Shown one piece after another: positions 15,360-24,556 of a DNA stretch of 32,000 bases (position 1 is the first letter of the stretch; every line of letters starts with the position of its first letter). This DNA is from a bacterium. GTDB taxonomy: Bacteria > Auribacterota > Erginobacteria > Erginobacterales > DAOSXE01. The position numbers and the translations under genes are program-made. Below the pieces are notes generated by a model, which was given only the letters and a program-made list of their open reading frames with translations, did no database searches and was not told where the DNA came from. The stretch spans positions 150,659 to 182,658 of the forward strand of contig DAOSXE010000001.1 of NCBI GenBank assembly GCA_035380285.1, given 5' to 3'.

Positions 15360-16823
15360 ATGCATAAAAAATTGATGGGTTTAGCGATCTTCCTGGTATT
15401 GACTGGGATGGGTAGGAGCGAAACCGTGCTCAGGGAAGGCCCCGCCCGGCTGAAATTCATCAGTTTTTCCCTGCAGACCGAGATTCCCCAGGGGACGTTC
15501 GTCAAGGCCAGCGCTTTTTTCCAGCTTACGGCTCCGGTCGACGGCGACGAGAAGGTGTTTTTCCATCTGGCTCCGGCCGGCCAGAAAAACCCGGTTCTCA
15601 ACGCCGATTTCTATCCCAAATATCCCACTTCGCTTTGGGCGGTGGGCCAGACGGTGGAAGCCGGCCCGATCGGCCTGACCGTTCCCGGCACGATCGCCCC
15701 CGGAGAGTACGATCTCAGGACCGGGTTGATGGAGATCGACCGCACCGGGCAGGAAACCCGGTATATCCGGGAAAAGTTCACCAATCCCGAGATCAAGGAT
15801 TTCACGGTGGGTCGGGTGCGGGTGGTTCCTCCGGCCGACGGAGCCGGGGGAGGGCCGGGGGAAGGGGAGCAGGCTCCCGTCGCCGACCTGGACATAGTCA
15901 GTTTCGAGAAAGACAACGACGTCCTCCTCTGGCAACCGGTGGGGGCGCGGGTCGAGCGCTACGACCTCGACGAGCTCCCGGTGGCCGCGGTCGCCATCGT
16001 CCCCGATCCGTCGGTCCCTTATCCGGGGGTGGAGTTGAACAATTTTTTCCAGATATTCCCCCAATATGCCGACTGGTCGCTGTACGACGCTCTCCAGGTA
16101 GGTTTGTCGGTCCCCGGCCAATCTCCCCTGCGCAGGTTGTTCATACAGATCAGCGACGCTCAAGGACGGATGTATAAAAAGGAAGTCCGGTTGAAACCGG
16201 GGGAGTCGGCTCAGGAACTGCTGGATATGGTGACGCTGGGGGGGGTAATCAATATCTCCCGGATAGCGCGGGTGAAAATCTTTTCGGTCGCCCTCGACCG
16301 GGAAGCCACCTTTTACGTCACCGGGTTGCGGCTGCTGGCGCGGGGGATGCCGACCAGCGAGCCCACGGTCGAGTTCGTGCGCCTGGAATGCCCGGCCAGC
16401 GTCAAGCGGGGGGAAGTCTTCTTCGTCAAGGTGTTCTTTTCCCTGAAGGCTCCGGTCTTCGCCCCCTGCAAGCTGTTCGTCCATATCTACCGGGAAAACG
16501 ACCTCCAGGGAGCGGTGAACGGGGACAACAATCTGGTGGTCCCGGTACGGCAGTGGCCGCTGAAGCAGGAAGTGGGCGCGTTGTCGTCGCCGGTGATGAT
16601 CCGCCCCGACGCCCCTCCCGGGCGATATCTGGTCCGGGCCGGTCTCTATACCCCCATCCAAAGCGACGGGGTCGGGTATATCAAGACCGCGACCTGGGAC
16701 GACGGCCGGGGGCAGGAGGTCGTCAACATCGAGCAGCCGGTGGTCGGGGAAGATTATATCAAGCAGCCCTATACCGATCCCAAGATCGAGGATTGGGTGG
16801 TGGGCTCGATCCAGGTCGAATAA
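15360..16823 (+). CDS. Exported multi-domain beta-sandwich protein with two copies of an Ig-like module
   Basis: Signal peptide 'KKLMGLAIFLVLTGMGRSE'. Modules ending 'EKFTNPEIKDFTVGRVRV' and 'KQPYTDPKIEDWVVGSIQV', each preceded by 'GEYDLRTGLM' or 'GRYLVRAGLY'. ATG at 15360 with GGAG 9 nt upstream preferred to GTG 15354. Confidence 0.7.
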   Translation: MHKKLMGLAIFLVLTGMGRSETVLREGPARLKFISFSLQTEIPQGTFVKASAFFQLTAPVDGDEKVFFHLAPAGQKNPVLNADFYPKYPTSLWAVGQTVEAGPIGLTVPGTIAPGEYDLRTGLMEIDRTGQETRYIREKFTNPEIKDFTVGRVRVVPPADGAGGGPGEGEQAPVADLDIVSFEKDNDVLLWQPVGARVERYDLDELPVAAVAIVPDPSVPYPGVELNNFFQIFPQYADWSLYDALQVGLSVPGQSPLRRLFIQISDAQGRMYKKEVRLKPGESAQELLDMVTLGGVINISRIARVKIFSVALDREATFYVTGLRLLARGMPTSEPTVEFVRLECPASVKRGEVFFVKVFFSLKAPVFAPCKLFVHIYRENDLQGAVNGDNNLVVPVRQWPLKQEVGALSSPVMIRPDAPPGRYLVRAGLYTPIQSDGVGYIKTATWDDGRGQEVVNIEQPVVGEDYIKQPYTDPKIEDWVVGSIQVE

Positions 16824-16850
16824 GCCCGGGGTTGCTATCTCCCCGATCAG

Positions 16851-17702
16851 ATGAGCAGAGTCCGCAGCAGGTTGGCCGTCCTGGGCGTGGTCGGTCTGGC
16901 CGGCCTATGCGCCGTGGCCGGTTTTCTTTTGTTCGACGCCCTGGTCGTCGAACCCAACTGGATCACCGTGCGGCGCGTGCGCATCGAAAACCCGGACCTG
17001 GCCGCCGCCCTGGAGGGGGTCCGGGTCGCCCAGATCTCCGACCTCCACCTGCGGGGGAGCTTGGGGTTCCGGGAACGGTCCCTGATCGCCCGCTTGAACC
17101 GGTTGCGCCCCGATCTGATCCTCATTACCGGAGATCTGGTCGAAGGACCGGGGCAGGGCCGCTTGGCCGTGGAATTCATCCGCCAACTCAAGCCCGGGCT
17201 CTGGTCCTACGGAGTTCTGGGTAACGCCGACCGCAACGCCTTTTCCGTATCCCAGCGGAATGCCCTGCGCCGGGCCGGCCTGGAGATGATCGGGGAAAGG
17301 GCGTTGCGGATGCAGCCGGGAGCGGCTCCGGCCGAATTTTATCTGGCCGGGATCGATTTCCCCGGCTACGGGCAACCGGTGCCCGCCGACCGGATCCGGG
17401 AAATCGTCTCCGGGGTGCCTCCGGGAAAACCCATAATTTTTCTGGCTTATTCCCCCGACGCGGCGGAAGCGCTGGCGGATGAAGGCGTGGACCTGGTGCT
17501 TTCCGGGGATTCCCACGGCGGGCAGGTCGGCCTTCCCGGTTGGGGGAGTCTGTTCGAGGAGTTCGGGAGGTCGCGGTTCGTCCGGGGTCTCTACCGGTTG
17601 AAAAACACCGTTCTCTACGTCAATCGGGGGATCGCCACCAAGACGGTGCCGATCCGCTTTCTCTGCCCCCCCGAAATCACCCTCTTCGAGTTTACCCGAT
17701 GA
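16851..17702 (+). CDS. Calcineurin-like metallophosphoesterase (YkuE/YaeI-like), N-terminal TM
   Basis: 'VRVAQISDLHLRG', 'DLILITGDLVEG', 'YGVLGNADR', 'LVLSGDSHGGQVGLP'. Confidence 0.88.
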   Translation: MSRVRSRLAVLGVVGLAGLCAVAGFLLFDALVVEPNWITVRRVRIENPDLAAALEGVRVAQISDLHLRGSLGFRERSLIARLNRLRPDLILITGDLVEGPGQGRLAVEFIRQLKPGLWSYGVLGNADRNAFSVSQRNALRRAGLEMIGERALRMQPGAAPAEFYLAGIDFPGYGQPVPADRIREIVSGVPPGKPIIFLAYSPDAAEALADEGVDLVLSGDSHGGQVGLPGWGSLFEEFGRSRFVRGLYRLKNTVLYVNRGIATKTVPIRFLCPPEITLFEFTR

Positions 17703-18553
17703 AAGCCGTTCTTGTCGGGCCGCGGAAATTGCTGGGATGGATCGCCCCTTTCCTGCCCCTGCTGGTACTGGCGTGGCCGGCCTGGCGGGCGCTGACCTGG
17801 ATGAACCGCCGGTTCTTCGAACAGGAATCCTACTACTCTCACGGCTGGCTGATTCCGGCCGCCATCGCCTGGCTCATCTATCTGCGCCGCTCCCGGATCG
17901 CCGCCGTGGGCCGGCAGGCCTCTTTTTTCGGGGCCTTCGCGTATGGGTTGGGGGTGTCGATCGCGGCCTCGGGCATCGTCATCGATATCCGATTTCTCGT
18001 CGCCTGGGGGCTGGTTCTGGCCGGGATCGGGTGGTACTGGTCGTGGGCAGGTGCCGCCCGGGCCCGGATCGCCCTTCCTCCTCTCCTCCTGCTCCTGGGC
18101 ATGATCCCCCTCCCCGGAGTCTGGCTGTTGGCGTTGACCGCTCACCTCAAATCCTTAGCCGCCGCCGGGGGGGTTGTCGTCGCCGGATTGTTGGGGGTGC
18201 AAGCGGTGTTGGATGGTTCCACCGTGATCGTCGCCGGTGCCCCTCCCGGGCCGAGCCTGGTGATCGGCGACCCCTGCAGCGGGCTGCGCTCGCTCTTGGT
18301 TTTTGCCTCCCTGGGCTTGTTTTTCGCTCTTCAGGAAGAATCCGGACCGCTGCGCAAGGTTCTCCTGGCGGGGCTGGCGTTGTCGATGGCGCCGCTCAGC
18401 AATCTTCTGCGGGTGGTGTTTCTGATAGTGGTCCGCCGGGTGATCGGGCCGGTGGCTCTCGAAGGTCCGATCCATCTCCTGGCCGGCGCCGGGGCTTTCG
18501 GGTTCTGCTTTTTTCTCTATCTGCTTGCGGTCGGGAGATGGTTCCGCCGATGA
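17699..18553 (+). CDS. Exosortase family protein
   Basis: Multi-TM with catalytic triad motifs 'GDPCSGLRSLLVFASLGLFFAL', 'PLSNLLRVVFLIVV', 'GPIHLLAGAGAFGF'. 'SYYSHGWLIP' near the N-terminus. ATGA overlap with the phosphoesterase. Confidence 0.92.
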   Translation: MKAVLVGPRKLLGWIAPFLPLLVLAWPAWRALTWMNRRFFEQESYYSHGWLIPAAIAWLIYLRRSRIAAVGRQASFFGAFAYGLGVSIAASGIVIDIRFLVAWGLVLAGIGWYWSWAGAARARIALPPLLLLLGMIPLPGVWLLALTAHLKSLAAAGGVVVAGLLGVQAVLDGSTVIVAGAPPGPSLVIGDPCSGLRSLLVFASLGLFFALQEESGPLRKVLLAGLALSMAPLSNLLRVVFLIVVRRVIGPVALEGPIHLLAGAGAFGFCFFLYLLAVGRWFRR

Positions 18554-19197
18554 AAAAACGGGGTGTGATCGTCGTCGTCGAAACCGTTGCGGCCGTTTTG
18601 ATCCTGGGGTTGGCGGCGACGATTTCGAACCGGCGTCACGAGCCGGGCTCGTATCCGGTCATCGATCTCGAGAAGATTCCGCTGGAAATCTCCGGCTGGA
18701 AGGGAAAGCGCGTTTCCCTGGGGCCCGACCATCCCGCCCGGGTCGGAGGAGTCGCCGCGGTGTATATCAGCTATCTCAAGGGGGACAGACATCTCGATCT
18801 CTACGTGGTGGAGGGCGCCCCCGGGACGTTTTCGCTCCACCCTCCCGAATATTGCCTGATCGGCGGGGCCAGCGACGAGACCGCGCGGTCGCGGATCGGC
18901 GTTCCTTACGGGGAGGGGAAGGAGATCGAGGTCAACCGCTTCGAGGCCGAAAGGATGCGGCGCCGGAGCCTGGTGTATTACTGGTACGCGGACGGTAACG
19001 GTTTTACTCCGGATTATCTTCTTCCCCAGGTGGCCAACCTGGCGAAGCGCCTGGCGGGGCGAGAGCGAGCCTTCTGCCTGGTCCGGCTTTCCTGGGACGG
19101 CGACGACGGGCTCGACTACGCGGAAGAATCCTTCCGGCTCTTTATCCGGGAAGCGCTGCCCGCGATCGCTCCGATCTTCTCCGGCGGCGGGAAATGA
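18550..19197 (+). CDS. EpsI-family protein (exosortase-associated)
   Basis: 'IPLEISGWKGKRVSL', 'FSLHPPEYCLIGGA', 'LVYYWYADG...'; directly coupled to the exosortase. Confidence 0.85.
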   Translation: MKKRGVIVVVETVAAVLILGLAATISNRRHEPGSYPVIDLEKIPLEISGWKGKRVSLGPDHPARVGGVAAVYISYLKGDRHLDLYVVEGAPGTFSLHPPEYCLIGGASDETARSRIGVPYGEGKEIEVNRFEAERMRRRSLVYYWYADGNGFTPDYLLPQVANLAKRLAGRERAFCLVRLSWDGDDGLDYAEESFRLFIREALPAIAPIFSGGGK

Positions 19198-19206
19198 CCG
19201 TCGGGC

Positions 19207-20619
19207 TTACCTCGAGCCGCTGCCGCGGAGCACGACCGAGACGGTGCGGAAAATGATAAGAAAATCCAGAGCGGGCGACATGTTCTCGATGTAGAAGATG
19301 TCGTAGAGCAGCTTCTGGCGGTGTTCCTCCGGGGTGGACGCGTAGCCGTGGACGATTTGCGCCCACCCGGTCAGGCCCGGTTTTACCGCCAGCCGCTCGG
19401 CGTAAAAGGGGATCTCTTCCATCAGCTGCCGGATGAATACGGGCCTTTCCGGCCTCGGCCCCACCAGGCTCATATCGTTGATCAGGACATTGTAAAGCTG
19501 CGGAAGCTCGTCGAGCCGAAACCGCCGCAGGAAGCCGCCGAACCGGGTGATGCGGGGATCGTCGTCGGCGGCGAAGGCGGCCCCCGCTGCTTCGCTCCCC
19601 GGGATCATGGTTCGGAACTTATAGAGAGTGAATATCTTCCCATGCAGGCCGGCCCGGACCTGCCGGTAGATCACCGGCCCCGGGGAGGTCAGTTTGATCA
19701 GGACGGCGGCGCCCAGCATGAAGGGAAAAGAGACGATCAGGCCGGCCACGGCCCCGAAGGTGTCGATCAACCGTTTGAGGTCGGGGTACCAGGCCACTTT
19801 CTGATGGGCGGTGGGGCTGATGAGGGGGATGTCCTCGGTCGGACTTCCGGCCATGGTGCCGATGGTGGCCTCGTAGAGACCGGGAACGATCCGGAAGATC
19901 ACGTCGGTTCCGGAGAATTCGTTGATGACCGCCAGGATCTCCTGCCGGGTAATGAGGGGCGAGGCGATGACGACTTCGTCGATGGCCTTCTCCTTGACCA
20001 GGGCGGAAATATCGGATATCCCTCCCAACACCTGTCCGGCGATCGCGGGATCGCTGCGGGCCGAGGAGGGGTTGATGAAACCCACCAGCTTCCGGGTGAT
20101 GGCCGCTTCCCTCACCAGGCGGGTGGCGATCCGTTGCGCTTCGCGGCAGGTTCCGATGATCAGCACCTGGGAGACGAAATAGTTTTTTTTAAGTATCCAG
20201 TTGATGATCCGCTTGGTCGCCAGCCTCCAGAAAACGATCAGGGGAATGGTCAGCGCCCAGGAGATGAGGATCACGGAACGCGGGTAGGCGAAAGACCGGG
20301 CCATGAAAGCGACGACGATGATGATGCCCGTGCTGACGGTGGTGGCCTTGACGGTGCTGAGGACGATGTCGTACGTCGATTTGTATTTGGGCTTGTTGTA
20401 GAGCCCGTAGATGTAGAAACACAGGAGTCTCAGGACGATGATGGGGAGGACCAGGCCCAGCCACGCGATCCGGTTGACCCGCGGGAGCGGACCGTATTCG
20501 AAGCCGAAGCGGATGAAAAAGGCGGCCAGATCGGCGGAGAAGATCAAGCAGGCGTCGACCAGGAGCGAGATCGAGACCAGGAAAGTTTTCGAAGGGAAGC
20601 GCCGCTTGTCAGCCATCAA
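19207..20619 (-). CDS. Undecaprenyl-phosphate / polyprenyl glycosylphosphotransferase (exopolysaccharide sugar transferase)
   Basis: Five-TM N-terminus, CoA-binding-like middle and C-terminal bacterial sugar transferase domain 'RQVRAGLHGKIFTLYKFRTM...RRFRLDELPQLYNVLINDMSLVGPRPERP...VKPGLTGWAQIV'. Confidence 0.93.
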   Translation of the reverse strand: MMADKRRFPSKTFLVSISLLVDACLIFSADLAAFFIRFGFEYGPLPRVNRIAWLGLVLPIIVLRLLCFYIYGLYNKPKYKSTYDIVLSTVKATTVSTGIIIVVAFMARSFAYPRSVILISWALTIPLIVFWRLATKRIINWILKKNYFVSQVLIIGTCREAQRIATRLVREAAITRKLVGFINPSSARSDPAIAGQVLGGISDISALVKEKAIDEVVIASPLITRQEILAVINEFSGTDVIFRIVPGLYEATIGTMAGSPTEDIPLISPTAHQKVAWYPDLKRLIDTFGAVAGLIVSFPFMLGAAVLIKLTSPGPVIYRQVRAGLHGKIFTLYKFRTMIPGSEAAGAAFAADDDPRITRFGGFLRRFRLDELPQLYNVLINDMSLVGPRPERPVFIRQLMEEIPFYAERLAVKPGLTGWAQIVHGYASTPEEHRQKLLYDIFYIENMSPALDFLIIFRTVSVVLRGSGSR

Positions 20620-21451
20620 GGATGACCTTGAAATTTTTCCGCACCTTCCGGGTGGTTTGAGAGGTTTCGATGTCGGCCACCGTCATCCGGTCCAGCACCC
20701 GTCGGGCCACGACTTCACCGACCACGTCGCCGTGGTCCACGATCCGGAAACGGTCGCCGGGCTTGATCCCGTCTTCCCTGCCCAGGCTGATGACGATGAA
20801 ATCGTATTCGCCGTTGACGGCGAGAACGGCTCCCACCACCCCGGAACCGCTCGGCTCCTGTTGGGTAACCAGCATCTGGGGCATTTCGATCGAGCCGGAA
20901 CGGGACGTCTGGGCCAGTTTCTCTTTGAGCGACTCGCGTTCCTGCATCAGGCGCTCGATCTTGGAAAAAAGCACCTTCTGCCCCTCGCGCTCCTCGTCCA
21001 GCTTCGTCCGCGCCTCGGCCAGGGCGGCTTTTTCCTCGGCCAGTCGATCCGCCAGATCGCGGTTCCTGGCTTCGCTGGCTTCGAGTTGGCCGCTCAGACG
21101 CAGGTTTTCGGCGCGAACCCCGCTCAGGTCGGTCTCCAGGCGGCCGTGAGAGGTCTGAATGTTTTGAAGTTCGACCTCGACGGCGGCCAGCCGGGACTGC
21201 TGGGCGGAGATTTCGCCGGCCTGTTCCTGGGCCCGCAGTTCGGCGGATTCCCGCAGCTGGGTCTGTTCGAGCAGATCGGCCCCCTGTTTTTTATACCGGG
21301 CAAGGAGAAAGATGACGGCTACCGCCAGAAGCCCGATAATGGCCGAAACAACGATTTTCTGGAAAAAACTTCCGCCGTCGGTTCCGCCTGAGGCCGGCGC
21401 CGGATCGGTATCGGAACTGAGCCGGTCGTGAGCTGAAACGTCGTTGGGCAT
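20609..21451 (-). CDS. Single-TM coiled-coil protein with C-terminal small beta domain
   Basis: ATG at 21451 ('MPNDVSAHD') preceded by AAGGAGGT. TM 'VVSAIIGLLAVAVIFLLARY'. Long coiled-coil; C-terminal 'VVGAVLAVNGEYDFIVISLGREDGIKPGDRFRIVDHGDVVGEVVARRVLDR'. Confidence 0.75.
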   Translation of the reverse strand: MPNDVSAHDRLSSDTDPAPASGGTDGGSFFQKIVVSAIIGLLAVAVIFLLARYKKQGADLLEQTQLRESAELRAQEQAGEISAQQSRLAAVEVELQNIQTSHGRLETDLSGVRAENLRLSGQLEASEARNRDLADRLAEEKAALAEARTKLDEEREGQKVLFSKIERLMQERESLKEKLAQTSRSGSIEMPQMLVTQQEPSGSGVVGAVLAVNGEYDFIVISLGREDGIKPGDRFRIVDHGDVVGEVVARRVLDRMTVADIETSQTTRKVRKNFKVILDG

Positions 21452-21473
21452 GAAAACCTCCTTGATGCCGAAA

Positions 21474-21510
21474 TTGACAATAATGTAGAAATTAAACTTT
21501 ACGCTGTCAA
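21474..21510. promoter_or_regulatory. Candidate divergent promoter region (best supported for the minus strand)
   Basis: Minus strand TTGACA (21510-21505), 17-nt spacer, TACATT (21487-21482). The plus strand also carries TTGACA at 21474-21479 but with a weak -10. Confidence 0.4.
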
Positions 21511-21539
21511 ACGGTTTCCCGAAGGGCGAGGCGGATGAA

Positions 21540-22661
21540 GTGACGGCCGTCATATTGTTTTTAGGATTCTGGGTCGTGTACACCTATGCCGGGTATTTCC
21601 TGGTCCTGCTTCTCTGGGGGCGGCTGAAGAAGCGTCGCCTCCACCCGGGTTCCCCCCCGGCCGAACTTCCCTCGGCGGTTCTCGTCATTCCGGTTCATAA
21701 CGAGGCCCGGCACCTGGAGAGGAAGCTGGAAAACGCGCTTTCTCTGGAATATCCCCGGGACAGACTCGAAGTGGTGGCAGTGGACGACGGAAGCACCGAC
21801 GGCAGCTCGGCGATTATCGAACGCTACCGCGAACGCGGGGTGAGGCTGATCGCCCTCGAGGCCAACCGGGGAAAAATAACCGCGCTCAACCGCGCGATCC
21901 CCCTGACCGGCGGCGCGATCATCGTTTTCACCGACGCCACCGCCGAATTCGCCCCCGACGCCCTCGGAAAACTGGCGGAAGCCTTCGCCGATCCCGACAT
22001 CGGCGCCGTTTCGGGTCAGCTGGTTCTGAGGGAGGAGACGCCGCAGGCTTCCGGCACGGTCCGGGTAGATGCGTATTGGAAACTGGAAAAGGCGATCAGG
22101 AAGGCGGAATCGAAGATCCATTCGGTGATCGGAGCCACCGGCGCGATCTGGGCGCTGCGCCGGGAATTTTACCGGGCACTCCCTTCCGACACCATTCTCG
22201 ACGACGTGGCGCTTCCGCTGCAGGCGGTGAGGGCGGGGCGGAGACTGCTGTTCGCGGAAGAGGCCGTCGCCTACGAGATGGAAGCCGCGGCTTCGGGGAA
22301 GGAGTTTCGGCGGAAAGTAAGGACCCTGGCCGGCAATTATCAGCTCTTCAGGCGCGAACCCTGGATATTCAACCCCGCCCAGGGGATCGCTTTCCAAGTC
22401 GTCTCCCACAAATTGCTGCGACTGCTGGCGCCGTTCGCGCTCGCCGGTATCTACGTCCTCTCCTGGGTCGCCGGCTTCCGGGCGCTGGCTTTGGCTCAGA
22501 CGGTTTTTTACCTGGCCGCCCTGGAAGGCTGGCGGCTCACCTCCCGCCACCGTCGTTGCCCGCCGTATTTTTCCCTTCCCTTCACCTTTTGTCTTCTCAA
22601 CTGCGCCGCCCTGGGGGCGTTTATCATGTATTTCTTTGCCCCCCGGCGTCTGCGTTGGTGA
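21540..22661 (+). CDS. Membrane-associated family 2 glycosyltransferase
   Basis: 'LVIPVHNEARHLERKLENALSLEYP', 'VVAVDDGSTDGS', 'IIVFTDATAEF', 'TILDDVALPLQAVRAG' and C-terminal TM helices. Confidence 0.9.
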   Translation: MTAVILFLGFWVVYTYAGYFLVLLLWGRLKKRRLHPGSPPAELPSAVLVIPVHNEARHLERKLENALSLEYPRDRLEVVAVDDGSTDGSSAIIERYRERGVRLIALEANRGKITALNRAIPLTGGAIIVFTDATAEFAPDALGKLAEAFADPDIGAVSGQLVLREETPQASGTVRVDAYWKLEKAIRKAESKIHSVIGATGAIWALRREFYRALPSDTILDDVALPLQAVRAGRRLLFAEEAVAYEMEAAASGKEFRRKVRTLAGNYQLFRREPWIFNPAQGIAFQVVSHKLLRLLAPFALAGIYVLSWVAGFRALALAQTVFYLAALEGWRLTSRHRRCPPYFSLPFTFCLLNCAALGAFIMYFFAPRRLRW

Positions 22662-22689
22662 GCCGTCGCCCTTCACGGGTATTTTGAGG

Positions 22690-22718
22690 TTGAAGACGGT
22701 CCCGGAACACTCGATACT
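22690..22718 (+). promoter_or_regulatory. Candidate sigma70-type promoter upstream of the UPF0104/rml gene run
   Basis: TTGAAG (22690-22695), 17-nt spacer, GATACT (22713-22718) in the intergenic gap before the GTG at 22746. Confidence 0.35.
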
Positions 22719-22745
22719 CTGTACTTTACCGCCAGGAGGATTCGG

Positions 22746-23828
22746 GTGAAAGACGGTTACGAAATCGAAGGCAAGGGAAGCTGGAAAAAACGGCTGTTTC
22801 TATTCGCCCGCCTCGCGGTCAGTTTCGGGCTGATCGGCTATATCGTTTATCAAATCGCATCCCGGCAGGACATCTCGGCGTTCCCGGTTTATTACGAGAA
22901 GGCCGACTGGTTGTGGCTGGGGGCAGCGGTTCTGTCGGTCATCCTCCTGCTCAGCGGGGGGGCTCTCCGATGGGGGTTGCTGCTGCGCGCTCAGGGCGTG
23001 CGCCTGAGCAAGGGCAGCATCTTCATGTATTTCATGATCGGAATGTTCTTCAACAACTTCCTGCCCAGTACCGTCGGCGGGGACGCCATCAAGATCTACT
23101 ACCTTCACCGGTTCGCCGGAAAGGGAAAGGAGGCTTTCGTCTCGGTACTCCTCGACCGGCTTCTGGGAATCGCCGGGCTTTGTATCGTGGCGGTCGTATC
23201 TTTGGCTCTCGGGTGGAGGATCATCCTCGGCAATCCCCACATCGCCGTCTATGCCTGGATGATCTTCGGCGTCGTGGGGGGACTGACCGTCTTCCTGGGC
23301 GCGTTTTTCCTGGTGATTTTCAACGACCGGATCATGGGGCTGGTCTTTCGGCTCATTCCGGTGGCGGGGCTGAAGACGAAAATACGCGGCATTCACGACT
23401 CGGTGCTGCTCTATCGCGGGCAGTTCCCCGTTTTATTCAAGGCGCTGGCGGTATCGGTGGCGATCTGGGTTTTCATAGTTTTATCCTGCTGGATGATCTA
23501 TCGGGCCTTTTATTCGCCCGCGGTACCTCCGTCGGAAGGGACCATGGGCCACATATCCATCGGGTATTTCTACCTGTTTCTCCCCACCATCGCCGCCATC
23601 ATGTCCGTTCCCATCTCGTTCGGAGGGGTCGGGACCCGGGAGGCGTTTTTCATACTCTTCTTCGGGAGCCTTCCCGGCATCGGGGAACTGGGGGCCCTGA
23701 TGATCTCTCTCAACTACTACCTTGCTTTTCTTCTGGCTTCCTCGATCGGGGGCTTCGTATACATCGCTAAGGATCAACTGCGATTCCACCGGGAATTGCC
23801 GCAACCTTCGCAGGAGAACGGACCATGA
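22746..23828 (+). CDS. Lysylphosphatidylglycerol synthase transmembrane domain / UPF0104 family protein
   Basis: 'LSKGSIFMYFMIGMFFNNFLPSTVGGDAIKIYYLHRFAGKGKEAFVSVLLDRLLGIAGL' and 'ISFGGVGTREAFFILFF' are family hallmarks. Confidence 0.88.
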   Translation: MKDGYEIEGKGSWKKRLFLFARLAVSFGLIGYIVYQIASRQDISAFPVYYEKADWLWLGAAVLSVILLLSGGALRWGLLLRAQGVRLSKGSIFMYFMIGMFFNNFLPSTVGGDAIKIYYLHRFAGKGKEAFVSVLLDRLLGIAGLCIVAVVSLALGWRIILGNPHIAVYAWMIFGVVGGLTVFLGAFFLVIFNDRIMGLVFRLIPVAGLKTKIRGIHDSVLLYRGQFPVLFKALAVSVAIWVFIVLSCWMIYRAFYSPAVPPSEGTMGHISIGYFYLFLPTIAAIMSVPISFGGVGTREAFFILFFGSLPGIGELGALMISLNYYLAFLLASSIGGFVYIAKDQLRFHRELPQPSQENGP

Positions 23829-24556
23829 AGGGAGTGATACTGGCCGGAGGCCTGGGGACCAGGCTCTATCCGCTGACCAAGATAACCAACAAGCACCTGT
23901 TGCCGATTTACGACAAACCCATGATCTATTACCCCATCCAGACGCTGGTCAACGCGGGCATCGAAGACATCATGGTGGTCACCGGCGGGAACAACGCCGG
24001 GGATTTTCTCCGCCTGCTGGGCAACGGCAAGGAGTTCGGGCTCAAATGGCTGCGGTACGCCTACCAGGAGGGGGAGGGCGGAATCGCGGAAGCGCTTTCG
24101 CTGGCCGAGCATTTCGCGGACGGGGACAGGATTCTGGTGATGCTGGGAGACAATGTCATAGAAAAAAACATCACCGTTCACGTCGGCGATTTTCTCGAGC
24201 AACCTTCCGGGGCCAAGATCCTCCTCAAGGAAGTGGATAATCCGCGCGACTACGGGGTGGCGGTGATAGAGGGGGAGCAGGTGCGGACGATTATCGAAAA
24301 ACCGAAGGATCCTCCGACCAACCTGGCGGTCATCGGCATCTACATGTATGACGGAAAGGTCTTCGACTATATCCGGAATATCGAGCCGTCGGGCCGGGGG
24401 GAGCTGGAGATCACCGACGTCAACAACCTCTATATCGCGGCCGGCCAGATGAGCTACGGGATACTGGACGGGTGGTGGGCCGACGCCGGCTCGTCGATAG
24501 AAAACCTCTCCCGGGTCAGCCGAATGGTATATGATGGCGGCGCCAACAAGATATGA
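23825..24556 (+). CDS. rmlA: Glucose-1-phosphate thymidylyltransferase-like nucleotidyltransferase (short form)
   Basis: 'MKGVILAGGLGTRLYPLTKITNKHLLPIYDKPMIYYPIQTLVNAGI', 'LGDNVIEKN'; followed by rmlB. Confidence 0.87.
   Translation: MKGVILAGGLGTRLYPLTKITNKHLLPIYDKPMIYYPIQTLVNAGIEDIMVVTGGNNAGDFLRLLGNGKEFGLKWLRYAYQEGEGGIAEALSLAEHFADGDRILVMLGDNVIEKNITVHVGDFLEQPSGAKILLKEVDNPRDYGVAVIEGEQVRTIIEKPKDPPTNLAVIGIYMYDGKVFDYIRNIEPSGRGELEITDVNNLYIAAGQMSYGILDGWWADAGSSIENLSRVSRMVYDGGANKI

Noticed and set aside
15381-16661. 426-aa minus-strand ORF antisense to the beta-sandwich protein
   Set aside because: Low-complexity charged product without motifs; the sense ORF has signal peptide and repeated modules.
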